Of a stretch of DNA of 64,000 bases, positions 56,240 to 64,000 are shown in pieces. Location: the NCBI RefSeq assembly GCF_006345805.1, contig NC_043010.1, positions 54,312,001 through 54,376,000 on the forward strand. The letters are read 5' to 3'. The position numbers and the translations under genes were made by a program. Positions within the stretch are counted from its first letter, which is position 1; every line of letters starts with the position of its first letter. The stretch comes from Octopus sinensis (Eukaryota). The notes under the pieces were generated by a model. The model was given only the letters and a program-made list of their open reading frames with translations, did no database searches and had not been told where the DNA came from.

Positions 56240-56418
56240 ATATATATTATATATATATATATACATACATACACAGAGAGAGAGAGAAAGAATGAGAATG
56301 CTAGGTATTTTAGGTCATTGACACTTGCCTGAAAACTTGCAATAAATATGTCTACTGAAATAACAACAACAGCAACAACAACAACAACAACAATGATAAT
56401 AATAATAATAATAATAAT

Positions 56419-56449
<31 letters not shown>

Positions 56450-56466
56450 TAATAATAATAATAATA
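55960..56466. repeat. Compound microsatellites (CTAT, TA, CAA, TAA) including a 99-nt palindrome
   Basis: Direct reading; palindrome at 56109-56207. Confidence 0.92.
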
Positions 56467-58469
56467 GATCCTATGCCACTATTTGAATGATGTAAACATA
56501 TGCTAACGAAGATGTCTATTGAAAAATTTCACCAGTGCTAAATAATTGGATATTACCTGTGAAAAAAGTCAACTTTTAATGAAGAGATTACGTTTACGAG
56601 AAATTAAATACAAGACGAACATTTTCTCGCTCACCTAAACCATTTATTTTATTATTATTTACATTTTCTACTTCACGTCTCACATATAAACTGGCATGAA
56701 GATAAAGAGATTGTAATGTATTCGTCGCACAGCACAATGAAGGTTATATTTCTCTTATTTCCGCTAGTTTAGGCTAATTGTGCATTCTACAACGAAATGA
56801 AGGAGAACAGTTTAAATGTATTTTAAATGTAAATTTATATATTTGCATCTCAATATATATAGGCTGTGCAGAAATTTTCGAATGTGAATTTCGATGCTAT
56901 GTTGTGATTGTTTTTTGTATTTATTCGCCTGTGTGTATTTATTATAATATAAATGTAGAAACTTACAGTTGACAAGCCTGCATGGCTCGTGTGTGTGTGT
57001 CTGAAGAATATAGTTATATGAATCATTAAAGATATGTAACGGCAGTTGAAATTTGTTCCCATAAAAACAAACAAAAAAACAAAGAAAAATTGAAATAATA
57101 ACGGTCAATTGTAATGTGTTAGAAAACAAATCTGGTAGATAGAGAGATAGAGTAGCAAGGTTGAATGAATATTGTTGATGCTACTTATCTTACGCTGAAA
57201 TGCCTATGACAAATACCACGCACACCAGCACACAAACACACTCACACACATTAGCTGCTCCAGCAACATCTTTCGCGTATATGCTTTTTGCTAACCAGAT
57301 CAGCGTCTGTATCTAATAAAATAAAAGCCATACGATTACAGTTTTACCTGAAATATTTCACCAGTTTATTCAAATAAAGTTCAATTGCAAATGCAACCGA
57401 CAATAAATGAGACTCAATCAACCGAATCCGCACAACCAACAGTGTTGTTCCAATCTGCGGATACTCACAAGATAGGTCGAAAATGATTATAGTTAGATTA
57501 TTTAGGAGCGTGAAACATCTACTTAAATTTATTCTTTAAAATTAAATTTCTATTAAGTCTTTTTGAAAGCGAGGAGTATAGTGGTTAGCATTTTTGGTGT
57601 CACATCCGTTGATCCCATTTCTGGTGTTGTGTCCGTACGCAAAGTATAAACGCAAATATATTGCAGTTACATATATTGATACAATAAAACGTTAGAAAGA
57701 TGCTAATACTGGAAAAAAGTTGATTGCTATCTTCATTGGAAACATCTGATAGGTGGAAACTGGAGCCAGGCCGCCTCGGCCCCTTATGTTTGCCTTCGCT
57801 GATTGCTTACTTTCACTCTGTCATTGTTTGTTCGTTCGAAGTTCTAACTCTCCCCAAATTTTATATTCTTAAAACTTCCGGATGCTGCTGTTTTATGAAG
57901 GTTTCCTATCTTGTCATTCAAAGCACGAAATAGGGAGTAATTATAACAGTCGACAACTGAGGAGGGGGTTAGACATCTTTTGATATTGTGTCCCGTTCTT
58001 GTCTCTCATTGTATGTCTACGTAATTTTTACACGTTGGTGATGTCCTCTTATTATTGTATATTACTTTTGAATGTTGTCCTGTACCTATCTCCCGTGTGT
58101 TTACGTACTTTTCACTCGTAAAGTGGTGTTTTATACTTTACGTGTTGTATATTTATAATCGAATGCAATGCAGCCTTGTCCACTGTAAGTTTCTACTTTT
58201 ATTTATAATTTCTGCGACTCTACCCACTGTTCTCTTTTTTTCTCTCTATCCCTCTATAATATCTTTATTCTCCGTTTCTCTCCATTTTTTAGGCTGTCCC
58301 CGGTCTTCCTTTCTTCCACTTCCTACTATCTTTCATTCCTCCTCCCTTCTCCTCACTCCCTCCGTTTTTTTCCCTCACCCGTCCCTTGTCTCATTCTCTA
58401 CCTGTTTACTCCTATGTAACTACAGGGATTTGTCTCACATTTGTCTTTTTTGCTCACCTTGTGTTTCTA

Positions 58470-58668
58470 TATCTGTTCCCGAAACATCGTTTGACAACTG
58501 TTGCTGGTGTATTTACGTCCCCGTAACTTAACAGTTCCGCAAACGAAACGGATAAAATAAGTACTAGGCTAACAAAGAATAAGTCCTGGGATCGATTTGC
58601 TCGACTAAAGGCGGAGCTCCCTTATGACCATACTCAAATGACTGAAACACGTAAAAGAATAAAGAGTA
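58470..58668 (+). mobile_element. SINE-A 3' half
   Basis: TTGACAACTGTTGCTGGTGTATTTACGTCCCCGTAAC...GAATAAGTCCTGGG...AAATGACTGAAACAC. Confidence 0.8.
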
Positions 58669-59688
58669 TATGTGACGTTTGTTTGGGAATTCAAGCACCA
58701 AATTCAGAGGCTGTATTCAGGGAAATATTTAAAGTGTGGTCTTTATCTAAGAGAGTTGATTCACTGGGAAAATCTGCAGCGTAGAGATGATTTTGGTTGA
58801 AGGAGCCATTGCAATCATCATGAATATAATTACTCCGAATGAGAACAAGCATAGCATGCTTGACAATTGTATGAATATCAAGATTCGTGATCTCGAGGTT
58901 CACAAGCAGTTACCTCCCTTGCAAATTTAGCGATGAACGTAAAAATGATTTTATCCACATATATATATAAATGCATAATAGGTGTACCTTGCAATACCAG
59001 CAATAAACATGATACAGTGGTAGAGAAAAGGTAAGCACGAATATGAGGTAACTGTTATTCTAGGAAGTCCAATAATTGAAGCTTGCTATGAGCTGAATAT
59101 CTGGTTAACTTATATGGTTTACGTTCATTTTTGAGATACAGAAATTATATATTCTAACAAACTCTGAGATGATACGCTGAAATAAATTGATTTAATTGTA
59201 TATGGCGTCGCAGTAGCATGTAATATTATAATAGAATTAATTTTCGTGTCTTTTGTGCCTCAAAAAAGCAGCTGTTTAATTAATTGAAGCTGAAAGAAGG
59301 AAAATGATTATATATTTTCCCAAGAGCTGCTGAAGTATACTTAATAATCTATTTGACTATTATGTCAGCAACACATGCATTGAACACTGCTATATATCGT
59401 GTTTATACAATTTGCCCAGAAACGCTAAAATGTATAACGAAATCATAGCAAAATAATCAAAATTTTTACAATTTTCTTAATACATTCCTTATCAAAAAAT
59501 CTTGCAGAGGTGCGTTGTAGCTGTTGAGGACTAAATACTCAAACATAGAGGCACGGATATTCATGATAAGGTGTAATTCTATTTGCGTCAAATGTTTCTA
59601 ATTAACAGTTGCAACCAGTTTCATCTGCGTTTGTTTCTTTTTGTTCGTATGCAGTTCATAACCTGAAGAAATATATATATATATATAC

Positions 59689-60341
59689 ACATCTTATAAT
59701 TAAGGGCTAAAGAAGGTATTGGCTTTAGAATAACCTTCTTTAGCCCTTAATTATAAGATGTTTATACTTCAACCGTAAATGTTTTTTTAATATACTGCCA
59801 CGCTTTTTGATGGAATCCTTTTCTGTAGAGAAAGGGACTTCATCCTATATTGTTAGTAGTAAACTCACTGCTTGTTACAAGGGGACCGGTAGCCATTACA
59901 ATATGTAGCGGCGATAGGTCAACACGTTGTTCTGAGACTAACCAAGGAATTTTTATTTTTAGATATAAATGATATACTTAAATGTAGTTGTGCTTTTAGC
60001 TTCTGCTTTTTACATGATCACATGTGAGTATTTTATTTATGTTCCCTCGTAAGCTCTACTGAAGAAGAATATATCCTTTATAGGGATTAATTCCGAATTT
60101 GATTCAATATACAGATAACGAAATTTAAATTTTTTAAAGGTTAGTTGCCCGCTTTCAGTTCAATTTTCCTGTAACAAGTGGATTATAAGTGGATAAATCA
60201 GTGTATTGGCTATAGAATAACCTTCTTTAGCCCTTAATTATAAGATGTTTATACTTCAACCGTAAAGGTTTTTTAATATACTGCCACGCTTTTTGATGGA
60301 ATCCTTTTCTATAGAGAAAGGGACTTCATCCTATATTGTTA

Positions 60342-60344
<3 letters not shown>
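59689..60344. repeat. 142-bp dispersed direct duplication (59716-59858 / 60203-60344) with a 29-bp fold-back on the first copy
   Basis: Perfect arms 59689-59717 and 59733-59761; copies differ by 3 substitutions and 1 indel. Confidence 0.93.
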
Positions 60345-60396
<52 letters not shown>

Positions 60397-61428
60397 TACG
60401 TGTGTGCGTGTGTGTGCGTGAAAACGCCCGATAGTATTCCCGATTTTAGCTCTTGCTGGTAGAGGTCTTAATGTTGTTATTGCCTGAACCAGGTCGGGTT
60501 GGACCAAACATTCCAATTATCATGACCATTCCATCATCTAGATCCTCGTGGTTTATTGTACTGAGCCCTAATCCCATTAAGTACATCAATGATTATGCGT
60601 AGGTGCGTAACACATTTTTGTAAATTACAAAAGAAACTAAAACGTAATCTGTTGTAAGCGTAAATAAAAAAAAACAGGTAATTTTGCTTATCGTAGTAAA
60701 CGCCTTCATAATTTGAGTATATTATATCGATTGGGGTTCTTCATGTTGACAGGTCAAACACAAACATCAATTGGCCTTTTGTGTTGTATCGCTTTTCTAA
60801 AGATCCAGTTTCTTTTCTCCTATATTATATTTCTACAAATGATGTATGTTATGTTTGCTTCACATATAAAGAAGCATATAACACAACTTGGTCCGAAAGC
60901 TGTATTTTCAAATAGGCAGGTTATGGTCAATTACAAAAATGTAATCCGAAATATTTTCTAAGTTCATTCAACTTGTTCCCGCGTTGAATACAGAAAGCTA
61001 CATGAGGATGCTTCGTTCACTACAGTGTTTATGACAAACGCATGTAGAGTATCTACTGGATATGCAAACCGGATAAGTATATTCAATATATTTCCTGTAT
61101 ATTTGTATTTTCTAAAATAAATGTGTAATTTAAATTTAGAAATTACAAAATCGGGTTAAAATTTGTACTTTTGCATACCTTATTGATCGTATTTTCAGTA
61201 GAGGCTAATTTGCACGAAGCCTAATATGAAGTATTTGCTGCGTTTTGCTGGGTTGGCTGACATCTACATTCTGTTTGTGAGTGTAGTATTAATGCCTTCA
61301 TTTATTGGGATGAGAGAGCACATAAATGAAGTTTGTCTTTTATTTAATTTTACGTTCCAATTCTTAATTAAATTCTATGAAATTATAAATCACGAGCAAT
61401 AAAGAAACAATATAAAATAAATACAAAG

Positions 61429-62607
61429 AAAGTAAAAAGTAAGCCATCAGTCCAATTTCCTAATTGTCTGAAAAAAAAAGCGTTTTGTCGGCACAGTAAT
61501 AAAGAGCAATTAAAAATAGAAAACCAAACTAAATGTGGTATCCCAAATGGCGCAAAATTTTAATTTAGATATATGGCCATCATCTAATTTTTTTTCAAAG
61601 AAATATCTGTTGAAAACAATAACAATAATGAAGATGTAAGCATATCCTATAATATAATTGCAATAAACATGCAAATTGTCAGCAGTTCAATTAATTTGTA
61701 AAATTCAAATTATAAACGTGTATGACAGTAAAGTAGTGGCAATTAGAATGATGGATTAGAAACAATAAGCGTTATTTCAGCATTATATACATATAACATG
61801 TAGAAAGCGAAGATTGACAATTTATGCAATAATTTGCTTAATTCCAGCTTCGTTCTTCGAGAATCTCCCAGTACTGTTTTCAGGATAATGTCAAATGAGA
61901 AACCAACAAAATATCAGCACTCGAATTTGTATAACAGTATAGAAATAGACAACGTCTATCCGTTAAAGGAAGAGATGATGGGTTATTTGGTATCGTTGAT
62001 CGAAATTTACCCCATAATCAATTTAACTGTCTCTGCATTAGGAGTTATATTGTTTTCGTCCCCACCCCCGGCGTATATAATATTTGGGCGTCAGATTTTG
62101 TGTAGAGTCGTCTAAATGCTGGTATTAGTGTTCTATATAGTGTTCATAATTAAAATAACAACGATGACAATTTGCATGTTTATTGCAATTATATTATAGG
62201 ATATGCTTACAGCGCCCGGTATGGGAATCGAAACCGCGATCCCCCGACGGCGAGTTCGCTGCCCTAAACACTGGGCCATTGCCCCTCCACGTTCATAATT
62301 GCCACTACTTTACTGTCATACACGTTTATAATTTGAATTTTACAAATTAATTGAACTGCTGACAATTTGCATGTTTATTGCAATTATATTATAGGATATG
62401 CTTACATCTTCATTATTCTTATTGTTTTCAACAGATATTTCTTTGAAAAAAAATGGATGATGGCCATATATCTAAATTAAAATTTTGCGCCATTTTGGAT
62501 ACCACATTTAGTTTGGTTTTCTATTTTTAATTGTTCTTTTTACTGTGCCGACAAAACGCTTTTTTCAGACAATTAGGAAATTGGACTGATGGTTTACTTT
62601 TTACTTT
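61429..62607. repeat. Inverted duplication, ~315-bp arms (61429-61745 / 62296-62607), ~550-bp spacer
   Basis: Arms about 97% identical as reverse complements. Confidence 0.93.
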
Positions 62608-62610
62608 TTC

Positions 62611-62899
62611 AAGCCTAGCCAGGCTCATCGGCCCGGTTTCCCGGTTTCTGTGGCGTATGTGCTCCCCCTAGCTGGACGGGACGCCAGTCCATCGCAGTGC
62701 TACCCAAGATACAGGAAGAGAGAGAGACAGAGTAAGAGAAAGTTGTGACAAAAGAGTACAACGGGGGTCAACACCACCCGTGAAGCTTTTAGGTGTTTGC
62801 GCTCAATAAACACACACACAATGCCCTGTATGGGAATCGAAACCGTGATTCCCCGACGGCGAGTTCGCTGCCCTAAACACTGGGCCATTGCGCCTCCAC
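62611..62899 (-). mobile_element. SINE-C variant with a V-domain-like 3' part
   Basis: Same head as 17252; tail GCACTGCGATGGACTGGCGTCCCGTCCAG resembles the V-SINE motif (from recall). Head duplicated at 62212-62300. Confidence 0.8.
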
Positions 62900-63597
62900 G
62901 TTCATAATTCCTACAGTGGTTAGGGTATTTATTCATACAACATTATACTTAGTAAGAGTTTTATTATCTTTATTTTGCTATTAGCCATATTCTAAGTATC
63001 AATATAACAAATGCTTAAGACACTTTGCTAATCTTAATTTTTCGCTGAACGTTGTTTTTTGACACTCTTCCGTGTATTTGATTATTCAAATATATTTAAA
63101 TTGATATGCATGGTCTAACTACGTTAGCTTTGCTTTACGAAATATGGTATTATTATTCGTAAGCTCTCTTCAGTATCGTATTGGACATCTTTTTCATGCT
63201 GAATCTAATAATTTATAATTTCCAATCAATTTAGCCAAGAAATTCGTAAAGTGCAATCCTCAAAGTATTACTTTTAGCCGCTTTTTATTTATTTGCTGTG
63301 AGGAGGGGCATGTCAAAAATAGGTCCAGAGGTTCCTCTGCGTGGTTTAAAATGCGACTCAAAGAGGTTGATGTAAGATTTGCACTCCGCCCTCGTAAATC
63401 CTTCGACAGCAACCACTACGCAGGTGACTAAACCGTGTGTTAGAGAGTTCTTACCCGCGTGGTGCAAAGTTTTCATCTGCAGGTGTAGGCAACCATCAAC
63501 AAAAAGCGGTTGCAGGAACAGGCTGTTACAGTACATTCCCCATGCTGCTGCTGCCACTACTACTACTACCACCGCCACTACTACTACTACTACTACC

Positions 63598-63808
63598 TAT
63601 TTCTTTATTACCCACAAGGGGCTAAACACAGAGGGGACAAACAAGGACAGACATAGGTATTAAGTCGATTACATCGACCCAGTGCGCAACTGGTACTTAA
63701 TTTATCGACCCCGAAAGGATGAAAGGCAAAGTCGACCTCGGTGGAATTTGAACGAAATACCGCTAAGCATTTCGCCCGGCGTGCTAACGTTTCTGCCAGC
63801 TCGCCGCC
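63598..63808 (-). mobile_element. Single SINE-B copy inserted in (TAC)n
   Basis: Complete head, internal deletion; 3' junction AAAGAAATA|GGTAGTAG. Confidence 0.9.
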
Positions 63809-63840
63809 CTATTACTACTACTACTACCACCACCACCACC

Positions 63841-63880
<40 letters not shown>

Positions 63881-64000
63881 TCCTCTACAATTTGGGAAAG
63901 CTTTCCATGATGCTAGCTTTCCTATACTTATTCACTTACAATTTGGTGTAAAACGCGAGATTTTCTTGCCAATGAAAGATATTAAAAGGGAAGACTGTTA

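Noticed and set aside
58691-58903. 70-aa minus-strand ORF with protein-like composition
   Set aside because: Bounded upstream by a stop with no convincing acceptor or ATG; no recognisable motif.

Overview
AT-rich (roughly 30% GC by eye) eukaryotic non-coding DNA, dense in microsatellites. The repeat content resembles an octopod cephalopod (Octopus-type tRNA-derived SINEs embedded in (TA)n/(TG)n/(TAA)n tracts); this species assignment is from recall and unverified. I found no supportable intact host protein-coding exon. Almost all listed ORFs are translated microsatellites or transposon debris. Recognisable content: three tRNA-headed SINE groups (provisional labels A, B, C), two internally deleted mariner elements, a degenerate R4/Dong-like (RLE) LINE, Penelope-like remnants (a GIY-YIG fragment and a hammerhead-ribozyme-bearing terminal repeat), and an intact non-autonomous Helitron. 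Two patterns stand out. (1) SINE-B forms head-to-tail arrays with one complete head, recurrent junctions at AAAGAAATA|GGTATTTC, and sub-variants shared between distant arrays rather than between neighbours, suggesting a self-targeting retroposon. (2) Many local templated rearrangements (perfect fold-backs, direct duplications, a captured 530-bp insert with snap-back hairpins at both ends) have breakpoints at (TA)n tracts, suggesting TA-seeded breakage with template-switch or Pol-theta-type repair. Assembly or long-read artefacts remain an alternative for several of these.
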